Origin: Takakia lepidozioides | Lineage: Eukaryota > Plantae > Bryophyta | DNA: 64,000 nucleotides | Direction of reading: 5' to 3' | Assembly: GCA_030704615.1 (NCBI GenBank) | Contig: CM060732.1 | Location: 41,664,001 to 41,728,000, forward strand | In this document: in pieces, positions 1-13,177 of the stretch | Layout: every line of letters begins with the position of its first letter | How positions within the stretch are numbered: position 1 is the first letter of the stretch | The notes under the pieces: model-generated | The model's database searches: none | The model's input: only the letters and a program-made list of their open reading frames with translations | Told to the model about the DNA's origin: nothing | Position numbers and translations under genes: made by a program

Positions 1-1020
1 ATTTTTTTGGCTTGTAGTGGCCCTCCTGAAGCACAAGCGACACCCGGTTGTTCTCTTCTCTGTCTGATCGATGCCGGCCCCAATCCTCATAGCCATCTTT
101 GATCGCAGTAACAACCAAGACAAAGAGAAGGGGGAAAAGAGAAGCCCATCTTCCAAATACTGCAAGTGCTGGAATCTGATTCAGTATAACAATGAGGAGG
201 AAGTAAATGTAGGCAAAGCGATGGAACTGCTCGAAGAGATTCCGAGGAAAGAAAGAGATAAGTGTGTACTTGCTGGTGCGCACTCGATTGCCAGCCATCT
301 CAAACTTCTCATTAGTTCGGATAGGATTGTTGAAATACACAACCCTTGAGTCCGGTTGAGGTGGTTTGCTGGAGCCTGTGAATATTGCACTGAATGCATT
401 GCCAAAACGAGGCTCAGGGGGTCGAGGAGAACCTGCACCACTGGGAGGGGCCGGGGCTGAGTCTGCTATCTCATCCCCACAAGCTGGGGCGATTCCTGTT
501 GTCTTGGCAAGTCCAAAAAGTGTTGGTGTTCTCTTTACTTCTCCTTGATTACAAGACGCAGGGGCTGTATTGACAGTTGCCAAATTCTGCAGTGGCTTTT
601 GGCGGAATGACTCCAATTCTGGCTTGGATACATCAGGTTCTAACCCAGTGCCTGAGTAGACAGACCTCGAATAGGACAGTTTTGGCTGGACTACAAATGT
701 GGAAAGAGGTTCAGCCGATGAAGAGCGCTCATGCCCATTGGATTTACCGAGTAAATCCTTAGAGTTGTCAAGAGGAATGCACGAGAAGCACGTATGACCA
801 TTTGCGGATGGTGAGGTGGGACTGTTAATACTGGAAGAGGTAACTGAATGCGGAGAATGGATTAGGAGAGGCCGGGCTGTAGTCATTGTCTCCAGGTCTA
901 GCCACAATGATGCCACCTCATCATGGACTGCACTCTTTTAAGACCCCGTGAATATGGAAAATTGCCAGATTACAAGATTGAGCTGTTAAAGGTGATTCCT
1001 CAACTTGAGCTCCGGACCAG

Positions 1021-1240
1021 AAAATGGGGAAGACATTGCCAACACACTTGCTGCCTCTTTTGTACCATCGTGGCATCATCTCTCCCTCGTGCTTCTTCAC
1101 CTCTTCATCCTGCTATCAAGCAAACATTGACTCAGAAAATGGGGAAGACTTTGCCACCATGCTTGTTGCCTCTTTTGTACCATCCTGAAACCATCTCTCC
1201 CTCATGCTTCTTCACCTCTTCATCCTGCCATCAAGCAAAC
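1021..1240. repeat. ~115-bp imperfect tandem duplication
   Basis: AAAATGGGGAAGAC...TGCCTCTTTTGTACCATC...CTTCTTCACCTCTTCATCCTGC.ATCAAGCAAAC occurs at ~1021-1126 and again at ~1136-1240. Confidence 0.75.
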
Positions 1241-4200
1241 TGTCCTGATGTTGGATCTAGTTCCAGGGCCAAGGAAAACCATTACCCAACACAGTATAAA
1301 ATCATGCACAACCGCAATTGTAAACTCGATAAAACTCCCATGAATTGGCCTGACAACTGACCCCTAATAAAGCTATTCCTAGAGAACTGACATGGGGTGG
1401 CAACGAAGAAAAATACCACTTTTGAAGTTTGTCAACTGGCAGCAAAGACCTAACCCAAAGTGCCAAACCAACTTCAGAGCCAATACTCAAAAGTACAGAT
1501 ATATTTATTCTCTGCCCTAGATTTTGTAATCTCTGAGTTTCACTGTATCCAAGAAACCATCGGCCATGTCTCTACCGCACGTATCTAAAAGAACCATCCT
1601 TCTTGTGATCTATCCCAAAACCGACTCATTTTCAAATGAGAAAGCCGCACAGAAAGTGCATTCGTGCATGGAACGCCCATTCGTGAGAACAAATTTGAGC
1701 GGGAAGCTGGGAAGCTGAGAAGCAGTACCATTACAGCAATTTCTTAAGTTGAAAGTCATGGGATTGTATGCAATTGAGGCTTGCCAGACATAGATACAAA
1801 ATGTAATGCGTGGACAAACAAGAGAGAGAGCGGAGGAAGGACAAAGACAGACCTCTCAAGCGTCCATATTCAATGCAAGCAAATGCTCTACAGCTAAATG
1901 ACAATATGTGGTCTCTCGATGCACACAGACTGGACGTAACGATGATGCCGCAATGCCAGTAGATCACAGTAGATCATTCGCCAAGCAAATGCGATTACTG
2001 GTCTAACGAAGTAATTGTTCTGCGTGCCAGGGAACACCTTGAGCATCGGACATACCTTAGATGGATGGAAGAAACAATGTCGACCGAAACCACGGGATGA
2101 TGCATCATGGGGTCTGGTCCCGCTGGTCCAAGAGATCAACCGACAGATCCCAGTGCCTCCAATCCATGGCAGAGGGTACAAAGATTGCAGACCAAATTAC
2201 AGGACATGCTGTACCTGGAACCGGCAAGAAATACTGATCACTGTAGCAGAAGAAATCTCCAGTCAGATCCAAGTGCTTGCTCGACCATCGATACGACGTC
2301 TCCGGAATTCAAAACATAGTAAGAAGGTACAGAAAGGAATGAGTGATGAGAAAGTGGTAAGAAAAATCCTAGGACGAGCATGTGAGCATGTGAGCATGTG
2401 ATCTACAGTTCACGCAGAGAAGGTTTGTTCCTCCCCTGCCTCCTCCCCCTCTTCTCCCTCACCACTCTCTATCAGCTTCCGCCATAGCCTCGTCGCCCAC
2501 GTCCCTTTTGTCCAACGGACAAACGCAGCAGTGTTTATCCAACGTATTCTTCACAAACCCCATCTCAATAATAAGGAATGGGCACTTTGTTTTTAAAATA
2601 ACAGGTTATCTTTATTTATGATTTTTTTTGTTTCTCTGGGAAAAAAAAAACAAAAAAGGAGAGAGAGAGATTTATTATGATTTTTTTTCTTGGAACAGCC
2701 TTCCGTGATTCAGGGGCCAATAATTTATTCTTATGAATAAATATATAAATCAGAAAATACAATTTCAGATAATATAATCGTAACCCACGGTTAAATCTGA
2801 CTACCGACACCGGCATGATTTCAAGGACGGCCGGGACCACCACGGGTGGTTAGGTGGCAAGCCAGGTTCGTACGTTCGTACGAGGGTTTGACCGCGCGGG
2901 CGCCGCAGGACAAGCCGCGGCTGGCTGCGGGCACGCACGTCTGTGAGCATGCAGCACTGTGCTATGTCTCTCTGGGCTTCCCTTCCTGCACACTGTTTTG
3001 GCAAGCCTCTATATTGATTCCCACTAGATTTGCAAGGCCGCATTTCAAGCCGCAGATATGAGTGGAAGAACTATTCTTTTTACGTACGCTGAGGTTCTGC
3101 CAATGTGCCACAGCGGAAGAAGGTCAAGGATGCTCAGCTCCCAAGTTCTAGAGCTTATACTTTTACCCGATATGCCTAAACCGTCACGAACGACTCCTGG
3201 AGAAGAACTCCAGGAGAAGGCCACGGATCAAGTAAGTAATGTCTCCCAACTGGTCGTCGTGAAGGCTTAGGCATAGCCAAAATGTTCCTGAAGGACAGGC
3301 CCAACGCAACTCCGCAAGCTTGTAGTCCGCTCTCAGTTATGATCAGATGGGCAATTCTAACGGTCGGTTGCCAAGCTGATGAGAATTTCAAAAACTGAAT
3401 GGCGATGTGCTAGGAGTGAGGTGACCTCAAAGATGCACCAATAGAGCATGAATCCTTCAGACCAAAGGCTCCCTTTTTCTATATGTAAAGATATTTCCAG
3501 ATGTACGATGTACAGGAACACGAAAAAGACAACGTCTCATATATTGAATGGCTCAAAAGTGACAATAGACAATAGGGGGCCAATACCTTTGTCCTGGCCT
3601 TAAGTTGAAAACATACAACAACCCTTATAAAGCGGGCGACCACTTTCTGGACTTCTGCAGCACTCATGCAACATTGCAGTAGGGCCCACAAGCTAGGAGC
3701 ATGATTATACAGATGGAGCCCAGATGGTGTCACGAATCTGCACCTCACAGTAGACCTGACAGAAGCTTTCTGCGAGCCATCCACCTAAAGTATGAAATAT
3801 GTAGAACAGATCCCAGCTGCTTTGTGCATGGAAGCAGATGAGCGGGGTGGAGTGACGCCAATGAATCAACATCGCCCAAACTCCTAGACCTATGTAGCAA
3901 CTGCAGCACAGAACTGTGCGGGTCAACCTGGCACTCTTTATGCTGGGCTGAAAACAATGAGTACAATAATAAACAAGGCATCATGCATGTTCTCATTCAT
4001 CTATTCATCCACATCATCCAACATATGCGCTCGAAGCTGGATGGGAGCGAGAGGTTTGCTGCTGTAGTTTTGCGTGCTCTGCACGTTTTGGGCGTCGTTG
4101 ATTCTCTGATACAATTACGTCTTCGCGGTGGGAAGCAGAAGTGAGGATCAAGCAGAGGGGTTGTGGGCTGTACTTTGATTGAGATGTCGTAGCCAGAGCC

Positions 4201-4699
4201 ACGCTTGTGTGTAACTTGGAGTTGTCGATGCATCTACCTCTCAGTTGAATTCAGGTATCGATATGCTTTCCCATGTTATTTGCTGGCCTGGATGTCTGTC
4301 TAGATTTTAAAACTATGTGATTCTGTGGTTTGCTCATGTCTACTTGATCCCTGGTTTGCGAAGAGTCTATGAGATCATCAAAATGAAGAAGCGTGGGGGT
4401 TTCTTATTCGATTAGATGATGAAGGCCGTTTTGCTTGGAATCATCCGTTACCTGAAAAGGTCACGCGGGGTAATGATCCTACGGGAGTCTGTTGTGGGCT
4501 TCCAATTGGGGATGCAATCTGATCCTGATATGTTCATAAACGCACGCCCAGTGAACCTTTCAAGGGAATTGAGCCCTTGGGACGGACAGCATACCAGAAA
4601 GCATGGTGTACATATCAGCACCTTCACAGCAGCCACTACTTTACACTGATGTGCTGCCTTACGGCTGTCACATTAGTGTGAATAGTGGAGAAATCAATC

Positions 4700-4704
<5 letters not shown>

Positions 4705-4747
<43 letters not shown>
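4705..4747. repeat. (GA)n microsatellite
   Basis: Pure GA dinucleotide run; shorter GA runs follow at 4853-4895. Confidence 0.95.
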
Positions 4748-4749
<2 letters not shown>

Positions 4750-6418
4750 CTACTGCGTTGGTCTAGAAGTGTTGTGCTGGAGGATATGTTGAGCCCTCTC
4801 ATCACCTGCATTTACAATGATAAGCGCGGGTCTAAAACCTTGATAGCTGAATAGAGAGAGAGAAATTATTTAGATAGAGAGAGATAGAGAGAGAGTTTTA
4901 CATAGCATGTCAAGGAACACTGAACACAATGTGTTGTGTTTATGTTTTTTGTTTGCCTCTCTTTAATGACATAAGACAGCCTAATTTAGGCACCATCAAA
5001 CTGCCTCTGCCCAGATCTGGCTCCATAGCTTCCTTTACATATCCTTGCTGGAAAACCAGTCTTTAGGTGTTCTAAGTGGCAATCAGGTAGGCCCACAGAT
5101 GTGCCTCCTCACTTTCATGGCTTATGAAGTAACAGTAGAAGTAGGAAGAGCACAAGTGTCTCCTTAAAGGTAACTCCTTTCCATGTTGTTACAAGCTCAT
5201 AGATCCTTCAAACCATTCAGAGCAAAAACAGCAGTAGTATGTGTACACAGTCAAAAAATACAAACAGATATGAGGTTTGAGAGAGCTCAAAGCCTCACTC
5301 CCTTAGTCTCTTGCCCTTAGTAGCATTTTACGCAACAAAGAAGGTGAAGTGGCCTCACCTTGATCCATCACAGCCTACCAACAAACCAATAGGTTAGTGA
5401 TCCCTGTGGAACCCCAGGCTTAAACCACTTCACATCTGTTCTCAATGTCATCTCTGCAGCAGGTCATAGTAGCAAAGAGAGGAGAGACAACCCATGCTCC
5501 AGAGGGAGGCGGGGGGGGGGGTTGGTCTCATTTCAGTAAGCACCCATTCCCAAAAGGAAGGTGTTACTAGAGCCAAAGTATTCAAGCAAGGGGACACATA
5601 CAGGCCTTTGGTTTGCAAAAGTATTCATTGTATCAGAGTAGAGCTAGTCAAGTCCATGTAAGTTCCTCATAGTGTCCCCTCTCTTTGTGTTGCTTAAAGA
5701 GCCTCAATGAGTACCTTACTTGTAGTCATAGTTCAGCAGTAAGGCAGCTGCTCTTTCAGCTCTTTCAGTCCAAATGAGAAGACCAGCCAGTTCTTCTAAC
5801 CTCAAAGGACAGTAAGACTTCGGGCAACCCCCAATGAGTCATCCCATTCTCCGCTCTGTTCTAGGGAAATAATTCTGAACAGAATGACGGGTTCACAAAA
5901 AATATAGTCACTCTTTGTAGTGACCTTGATTTTTCTTTAAGAGAACCTCCTCCATCCCTTCTTCAGACACATATGAGATGGGGTCGACTGGCAAGTTACT
6001 GACAAAACTCTCAACTTTTTAAATGTATTCAGTTTCTTTTATCTGTGCAAATGTTTAGCGTTTATCCTTTGCAGTCTTGGTCTTGTTTATGTGGGATATT
6101 TATTACAAGACTTCTGACTTTTGTATCACGTCCCATCTTCCTCACAGTGCAGACGTCTGCACTTCAATCGTCTCTTATGTGTAATCAAACAGTGGCTGCA
6201 TCTCAGTCTGGCTGATTGATTGAGGTCAAGGCCACAGTAGCTGGTGTATTCAAGCCTGAACTGAAGTAGAGATTACTTTGTGAGAGATGTCCAATAAAGT
6301 GATTGGCAGTAGTTAGATATTGGTTCTCAATCCCCCAGAAGCTGGCACCCATAGACAAGTATCCGGGTGGTACCACCACCTGAGCAATAGAGGGACAAAC
6401 AAAGAGCAAGAACCCGCA

Positions 6419-7228
6419 ATGAGTTTTCAGGACATTGAGAGCGGTAGCCTCGAGCTGAAATCAAGCTCTACAAGACAGGATTCCAGTCATGGTGTGGTTG
6501 CCGGGGTGTTCCGAATCAATACGGCTGTTTCTTCGTTCAAACGCCTTGTCAACATGCTTGGCACACACAGAGATACCCTTGCCCTTCGTGAAAAATTGCA
6601 TGCAGTAGAGCAACAAATCAGCCAGTTGGTGGAGGAAACGGTGACCAGAATGAAGGATGTCAGCCTGAACGATCATCAGTCCTCTACAAGCACAGACAAG
6701 AAGCTGGCTGATGCCAAGCTTGCTAAGGACTTTCAGGCTGTGTTGAAGGAGTTCCAAAGTGCTCAGAAAGTTGCCCAACAGCAGGAGAGGGCCAATTCCC
6801 TCATTGTCCCTAAGTCAATTCCTTTGTCGCAGTACAGTAAAAAAGACTTGGGTACAGATCAAGAGGATATCAAGGAACAACAGGTGGCACTTCTCGACTA
6901 TACCCAATATACAGCTCAGACAGAAAATCAAGCACTGTTCAATGTGGCTGTGATCGAGGAGAGGGAGCAAGGGATTCGAGAGATACAACAACAGATAGGT
7001 GAAGTTAGTGAGATTTTCAAAGACTTGGCGCGCATTGTTGAAACTCAGGGGTACATCATTGATGACATCGATTCAAATGTAGAGAGCTCAGTTTCAGCAA
7101 CAATCCAAGCAACCGTGCAGCTTGAGAAGGCATCCAAGAGTGCCAAATCTGTTGCACACTGGAAATGTGTAATATTAGTCATCTTTGGGACAGCTCTCTT
7201 GGGTTTTGTTATTGTCATGGCAGCTTAA
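6419..7228 (+). CDS. Qa-SNARE syntaxin, SYP2 (SYP21/22/VAM3)-like, intronless CDS
   Basis: Starts MSFQDIESG (typical SYP2 N-terminus). Contains KLAKDFQAVLKEFQ (Habc), the SNARE motif IEEREQGIREIQQQIGEVSEIFKDLA...QG..IDDIDSNVE, and a C-terminal TM helix. The true ATG is at 6419, not the ORF-track TTG. Confidence 0.93.
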   Translation: MSFQDIESGSLELKSSSTRQDSSHGVVAGVFRINTAVSSFKRLVNMLGTHRDTLALREKLHAVEQQISQLVEETVTRMKDVSLNDHQSSTSTDKKLADAKLAKDFQAVLKEFQSAQKVAQQQERANSLIVPKSIPLSQYSKKDLGTDQEDIKEQQVALLDYTQYTAQTENQALFNVAVIEEREQGIREIQQQIGEVSEIFKDLARIVETQGYIIDDIDSNVESSVSATIQATVQLEKASKSAKSVAHWKCVILVIFGTALLGFVIVMAA

Positions 7229-8456
7229 TGAATCTATTGGCTGAAGTTCATATTTTCTGACTGACCACTAAAACCCACCTTTCTAGCCTCTGATCCTCTT
7301 TGCTTCACCAACTAGAAGGTATGTAACATCCACTTATAAGGTCAGTGTCCATGACCATGAACCATGATGGTATCAGCTGTGAAACTGGAAAAGGCTGCAA
7401 ACAAGGCAATGGCATGGCATGGGTCCAAGATGCACATGTTCAATGACAAGTGTTGCTCTCGATAAAAGTTGGAAACAAACATTGAGCTCAAATATTTTCC
7501 TTTGTAATGATGTGGCAAGATCTATGGGCTTTACAATCTCATGTCGTAACTACTGAACTGGTATTATGGAATTGAGTAGAGAGAGAGTAGAGAGACCTGA
7601 GCGAAGCCAGCCTGGCCTTCCCCTCTGATATTGGAATAGGTTGAGTTGTTCAAATCCTGTGTGTTCTATACCTGTGAGGCAAACTGGTATGTGTGTGACA
7701 GCAAAAAAAACTACAACTTCTTCCAAATACACAAACTTATAGGAAAGAGAGAGAAGACTCCCGCAAAAGCCAGCATAAATAAGAGACCTAGTCCATTGCT
7801 GCATTTTACTGCGGTTCGATCAAACTCATGGTGACTAGGTGGGTATGGCTGTGCCGGAATGAAACTGCATATTAAATAGCTCATGATAGCCATCACAACC
7901 GCTCTAGAAAGCAATATGTATTGCGGATTTTCTTACCATTATTACCTATGTGGCTTTTCTAACTACGCATTGTACAATGTACAACGAGAGTAGGCCTGGC
8001 AGAAGGGTTGGAATTAGACAGTTTTCATTGTAAGAAGTTCTTGATTGCATACACGTGCAAAATGCAATGAAACGAATCATACATTCTTCTACCCTATTGT
8101 CCCTTGTACTCTCGTGGCTTTCAGTTGCTTTTGCTCGAGCAGCAATACTGCGAAGCGGATGATGGTCCAAGTCTAGCCAAATACTCAAATACATCAACCA
8201 TACCTTGCTGCATAAATTCTTCTATCCAGCAAAAGTTATGCGAATACTGGATCTGGTTGCACTGCGAGTTATAGCAGCGATGTTTTTATCTTGTTAATTC
8301 TAAATGAATGTGTGTGGCTAGGCAGAGAGAGGAGAGGAGAGGTGACTAAGTTCTAAAGGGAAGAAGAACATAACCAGAGAGACCATGGAGGTTATTTTTT
8401 CCTCCTTCTGTACCCGGCCTCTGTCCCCATTTTTTCTCTTTTTTGGGAAACGTGTC

Positions 8457-10241
8457 CTAGACTGGACAAATGGCATTTAAGAAAGTATGGAGAAGCATTA
8501 AATCAACAAAGTACTTATGATCCCTACCGCGTGGTGGTGCTCGTCCGTAGTGTACACCGTCATTGCATTCGTTATCCCAGTGCCATGGGAACGTAAGATC
8601 AAAAGCATCAACGATTTTCAGATTGGGAATGTTAAGCCTTTGCAGTGTTTCTACAATGATATGATTGTATAACTCCATCTTTTGAGGGTTGTAGTCAAGC
8701 ACCCTTGCATTGCCCCCTCCTGCAACTGTTGTCCGGTATACAACAACAGGCTGCACACTGGGATCAATGTCACTCAATACTGAACCCCAAAACCTAGCTG
8801 CTGGGTTTACCCCTTCTTCCACAAAAGTTTGCAGGGCTCTCCAATGTACTCCGTCGTGCAACCCTGAATTCAGAAGGACGGCGTCCGGTACCGAAGGGCC
8901 AGTGAAGAAAGATCGCAACCTTTTCTGAAGTCGAGCATCTTTCAAGGATGAGAGCCCTTGGTAGTTCTTCTTCTCGTCGACATGTCCGTTGTACATACTG
9001 GTGATTCGTATGGTGCGCGAGGCATTTGTGGGATGCTTGAAGACTGTATCAAAGCGCCTCTCCATCCAGCCTATGTCCATATTGAATCCCAGGATATAGT
9101 TGAGGAGATTGCGGACACTGTCTTGAAAGTTAGAATCGCCCCAGAAGAACCACCATTTGTTATTCAGACAACTCCAGGCTGCTTCTTCGTCGAATATTTT
9201 GAGGCGGCAGTGGGCAGAGTAGACCCAACCATTACTTTCCAGTAAGCCAATGGGTCCTAGACACCATGGACTCTGGCATGGTTCCTGAGGCGGAAGGCAC
9301 CGAAACCTCGCCTGGTCGTCTTTCTCACAACTTGCATTGTAAGAATCTCGTGTCCATCTCCCGCTCCATGCATTGAGATTGAAATCGTCTGGTTGGCACT
9401 GCTGAAGCCCTAGCCCTTGTGATGAATGCAAGAAAAACTCGATTTGCAGGGTTGCAATTTCTTGTGAACGAGCCCATGGCAGCGGCTTGGAATTTTGGTC
9501 GGCGTGCATAATCCAATCCATGTTAAGGCCCTGCCAGTTCTCAAAGAGTAACACTACCTTAAAGACATATATGCCGGCATGGCGGGAATCCACCTGCAGG
9601 CTTACTGTGTAAGTCCCATTGAACATATCAACCACAGGCGGCCGAGACTTCCATGTATTGCCAGTGAGATCAGTCTCATAGTAATCGCCCCCAGCACAGC
9701 GCCTGTTTCCCGTTTTATTGTAGGAGACTATCGTGAATTTGTGAACCGATCCAGTGGGGAGTCGAAGCCGCCCATTGACAGCCGTTGGAAGACCAAAAAT
9801 CTTTGCCTCAGTAGTTGTTTCTTGATGACATGGTCTGTTCCTTGCAATAACTTGACTCATAATTGTGGAAGTTTCATTGATAATTGTAGGGAAGTGTATC
9901 CACTCCGAAGCCATCTCAGGACCAACGGTGTGTGTATGAGGTGCTGCTGATACTGCTGCTGCTCCACACTGTGAGTCTGTGAAGCATCTCGCAGCGTGTT
10001 GTGACTGTGAGCCCCTGTCAGGGTCACGTCTGGCCGCATCCTCTCTGGACAACTGCGGATTCATCTTGTTCTGGCCATCAGTGACAATGTCTTCACCGAA
10101 AAGCTGCGCACTCCAAAGACGAATGCCGGGGTTCCCATGCAGGGTGGACATCACCTCATATGACGCAAGGATGGTGAAGACTACGATGAAAGCGACTGAA
10201 GAGATTCGTCCACGTGAAGCACTGGCACAAGCGTCTCCCAT
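8457..10241 (-). CDS. Type II membrane SGNH/PC-esterase (NXPE/TBL-like) protein with an Ig/filamin-like domain; probable cell-wall glycan O-acyl-modifying enzyme
   Basis: 594 aa from MGDACAS. N-terminal TM segment; filamin-like GGDYYETDL...D..NGTYTVSL; catalytic motifs WGDS and DGVH (DxxH). A splice acceptor (CTACAG) just upstream of the ATG suggests a 5'UTR intron. Confidence 0.85.
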   Translation of the reverse strand: MGDACASASRGRISSVAFIVVFTILASYEVMSTLHGNPGIRLWSAQLFGEDIVTDGQNKMNPQLSREDAARRDPDRGSQSQHAARCFTDSQCGAAAVSAAPHTHTVGPEMASEWIHFPTIINETSTIMSQVIARNRPCHQETTTEAKIFGLPTAVNGRLRLPTGSVHKFTIVSYNKTGNRRCAGGDYYETDLTGNTWKSRPPVVDMFNGTYTVSLQVDSRHAGIYVFKVVLLFENWQGLNMDWIMHADQNSKPLPWARSQEIATLQIEFFLHSSQGLGLQQCQPDDFNLNAWSGRWTRDSYNASCEKDDQARFRCLPPQEPCQSPWCLGPIGLLESNGWVYSAHCRLKIFDEEAAWSCLNNKWWFFWGDSNFQDSVRNLLNYILGFNMDIGWMERRFDTVFKHPTNASRTIRITSMYNGHVDEKKNYQGLSSLKDARLQKRLRSFFTGPSVPDAVLLNSGLHDGVHWRALQTFVEEGVNPAARFWGSVLSDIDPSVQPVVVYRTTVAGGGNARVLDYNPQKMELYNHIIVETLQRLNIPNLKIVDAFDLTFPWHWDNECNDGVHYGRAPPRGRDHKYFVDLMLLHTFLNAICPV

Positions 10242-12329
10242 TGCTGTTATCGCAAACCTGTAGAAATTCCACTGGCATCCGTCATGGGTACCAGGGTCGT
10301 GAAGAAAGCTGTAGACCAATGGTAGAGAACATGCATGACGATATCTGCCTCACTCCATCTCTGTTCGCTTCTGTTTTCAGCAAGGAACGGGGGAGCTAAA
10401 CACTTCGCGCGCTTTAAGAAGGTGTTAAGCTTTAACTACTTGAAAGTAGTGAGGTGTTTCACATTGTAAACGACAAACCTCGGAGTGGCAACTCAAGGAG
10501 CTGGCTATGTCAGGAACAGCACATACACACACACGGGCCCGCAAAATTCCACGCTTACATGAACGAGCGTTGCTCCTGTATCTCGTTCATCGGAGCCCTT
10601 TCCTGCGCCTTTGTCCTGCTGCCGGACCTTCACAAAGGAGATAAGCAGTGCCGTACTGCGAGATTCTTTCCATCAAATGAAGTCCAAGCTACTGAAACAG
10701 AGGATGGAGGGGGAGGAGGAGCTCCACGTTGGGTGAGAGAGAAAGCTTCCGCAACGACTCTCTATGGTGCTCCTTCTCCTTGGTCTTCATGATCCCTCAC
10801 TGTCGATCCTCCAGCTGCAGCTCCTTGCGGCTCCCACACCCAAAACCCAAGCTACATTTTGAGCTCGTAGTCCCCCAAATGTTGGTAGCAGCCCATTCGT
10901 GTTTGTGGATCCAGGAAGGTTTGATGACGACCGACCTCACTTGATCCCTTCCGCTCGTGTGTTAGCCTGTACTGGAAGTGAACACTCATCAATCTCCCTT
11001 AACGCTCAGCCGCCAGGCAGCTGGCCTGTCCCCCTATCTTCCTTGATTAACCCTTAACTTTTTGGGGTTTAGGCAAAAACCACACCCAGGTGGCGAAATT
11101 CCAGCATATCGCTCTGGGAAAAAGATTTTGCAAATTCTAGCCGGACAAAAGTGGCTCAACTACCAACCGAAGGTACACGTGGAATTCCAGGCCAATCAGG
11201 TAGAAATCCAGGAAATGCCACTGTTGCAATGTGTGGCATGTTGGGGACAAATTTTGGGGAGTTTGAGGAAAATTATATTTTCAGTGCAGAATTTTCACTT
11301 TTTGCATGACGGGATGAACTCCAAATGCAATGAAACTTCAACCATTTCATCCCCATGGAATCTGGCATCAATAGCACCAAGTGCCACCTGATTTGACCCT
11401 GTATGGAGGTCATGGCTTCCCCTCAAAGCAGGAGGGGTCATTTTACATGAAGCTCACACAAGATTGAAGAGCTACCTATCCTGCATCAGTGGGATTTGAA
11501 CCCAGACGCCTGCCCCAGCTGGCAGCTCATACATTTGAACCTCACTTTTCGATTTGTGCATAAGGGCGTTATTACTGATCAGATGCAATAAGGTATGGAT
11601 GAGTACATAAAATATGGAGCCTTTGTATCAAAAACAGAGTTTGTTTGTCACATCAGAATATTTTGGAGCGTTCCCAAATGTGGCAGCCATAGCTTGTCGG
11701 TTATCATTATTTTTGAAGGTTGAGGGAATGAGTGTATTGGTTGGGAGAGGGTTAACCCTTAAAGGACAAGTGACCCGTTTTGGGCCTCGCACAGCAGGAA
11801 AAATGGAATAACTTTTCGGGATTTTGTCAGAACTACATGAAAATTGGTGGAGTTGTTCCTTGCCATATGTAGGATCAAGATCCGCAAGCCGATCACCCCC
11901 ATCTGATTATAGGGTTAGGTTTAGGGGTCGCAGTGGCAGGGGTCAGTTCCCACGTAAAACCTACCTTTCCCACGCTTCTCTTTATCTCTCGCTCCCACCT
12001 CGCGCGAAGGCAGCGTCAGCTCCGCTTGTTTGCATGTTGTTGTTGCTGTTGTTGCATGTTGCTGCTGTTCCAAGTTGCCCTTGCTGATTTCTTTTTCTTG
12101 TTCCTGCTTGCAAAGTGTATGACCCCAAGCGTTTGCTGCATCTTTCATGCCAGCCGGCCGTCTCTACAAAGAGCTTTGGAGGGGAGATCAGTGAATTCTT
12201 GTCTGTGTCCATTTGCGTGTGCATTGAAATGGTGACAGCGAGGTAGGGAGAGAGCGGTTGACTAGCATTCTCTGCAGGTTGCCTGGCGCTGTGTAGGTAG
12301 CCTGAGTCAGATTGGTCGTTGGTGCTTGC

Positions 12330-12739
12330 GATTTGTTGGAGTTTATGAATTTGTGAGCACTCGGGTTGTACAAATGGGGTCTGCAACCTCACCTCCACCT
12401 GCACTCGAGCGTTTGCTCCAAGAGACGGATGTCATTGCAACCTAGGCGAGAGGCGTGGGTGTTCCAGAAGAGCAGGTCGGTTTGCTGGTTGGTGCATTGA
12501 ACGACGATATCCTGCTTTGTTTGAAAAGACCACACAAGGTATACTACCCCGGGTTTCCAAAGCCTTCCAACTTCAGGTACATTTGGCGTAGACAAGCTGC
12601 ACACATTTTGGGTTGGGTTGATCGTAAGCATGGGTTCTCACCCGAGGTCAATGCAATTTTGAGAGATAATGTGTGGCCCAATTTTGACTCATCTACAACA
12701 AGTCACGATGAGGTTGAAGGACTCCAAGGTACTCTCTAA
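12330..12739 (+). pseudogene. Frameshifted small Cys-rich ORF, probably a transposon accessory gene
   Basis: CEHSGC..GVC...C...DGCHC, then after a frameshift NFRYIWRRQAAHILGWVDRK..FSPEVNAILRDNVWP, which resembles P2X7-ballast/nanor-like small domains. Recognised by eye only. Confidence 0.3.
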
Positions 12740-12822
12740 GGAGTTCATGACAACCTATTGGTTTGAGTGATGTTGCACCAAACAGTCAGTTGTCAGATGA
12801 ATTTGGTGTCGTGAGTTCGCGC

Positions 12823-13074
12823 TCATTGTGTTGAATGAGGCACAATCCTCACTCGTCCATCCTTCCATACTCGGAGTAGGTGAGTCTCCTCCCACTTGAA
12901 CTGAATCCTTGGCTCGTGTAGGACCCGATCTCTCTCCTTAGCAGTCACATTGGCTGTTGTCTCTCCGGTACGAACGTATGCCAATACTGTTGCATCTTCA
13001 TGCACATCCTTAGCACCACCAAACTCCTCACTAGTCTCTGGATCGTCATGCACGCTATCTACATGACCTATCGC
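12823..13074 (-). mobile_element. 3' remnant of the Ty3/Gypsy pol (post-RNase H, pre-integrase), split off by the MULE insertion
   Basis: Removing 13075-28027 restores one reading frame: ...ASPSHAIG-HVDSVHDDPETSEE...DVHEDATVLAYV...RVRIVP. The integrase core and 3' LTR are missing. Confidence 0.85.
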
Positions 13075-13177
13075 CAGCGTAGCTACGGCGTGAGCCCAGC
13101 CCCGTGAGCCTGGGAGCTGAGCTCACGTTCAAGCTTTGAAGCGTGAGCTGAGCTCACGCTTCAGGGAAGCGTGAGCG
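13075..13177. repeat. Left terminus with clustered CGTGAGC/GCTCACG motifs (putative transposase binding sites)
   Basis: About six copies of CGTGAGC in both orientations within ~100 bp. Confidence 0.8.

Noticed and set aside
1-2550. Degenerate LINE ORF1-like sequence on the minus strand
   Set aside because: Only vague peptide hints; no diagnostic motif I can support.
2950-4500. Possible small spliced exons on the minus strand
   Set aside because: Splice-like signals exist, but no consistent frame or recognisable product.
11047-11755. piggyBac-type MITE between two TTAA sites
   Set aside because: The ends match only over CCCT/AGGG; no extended TIR.
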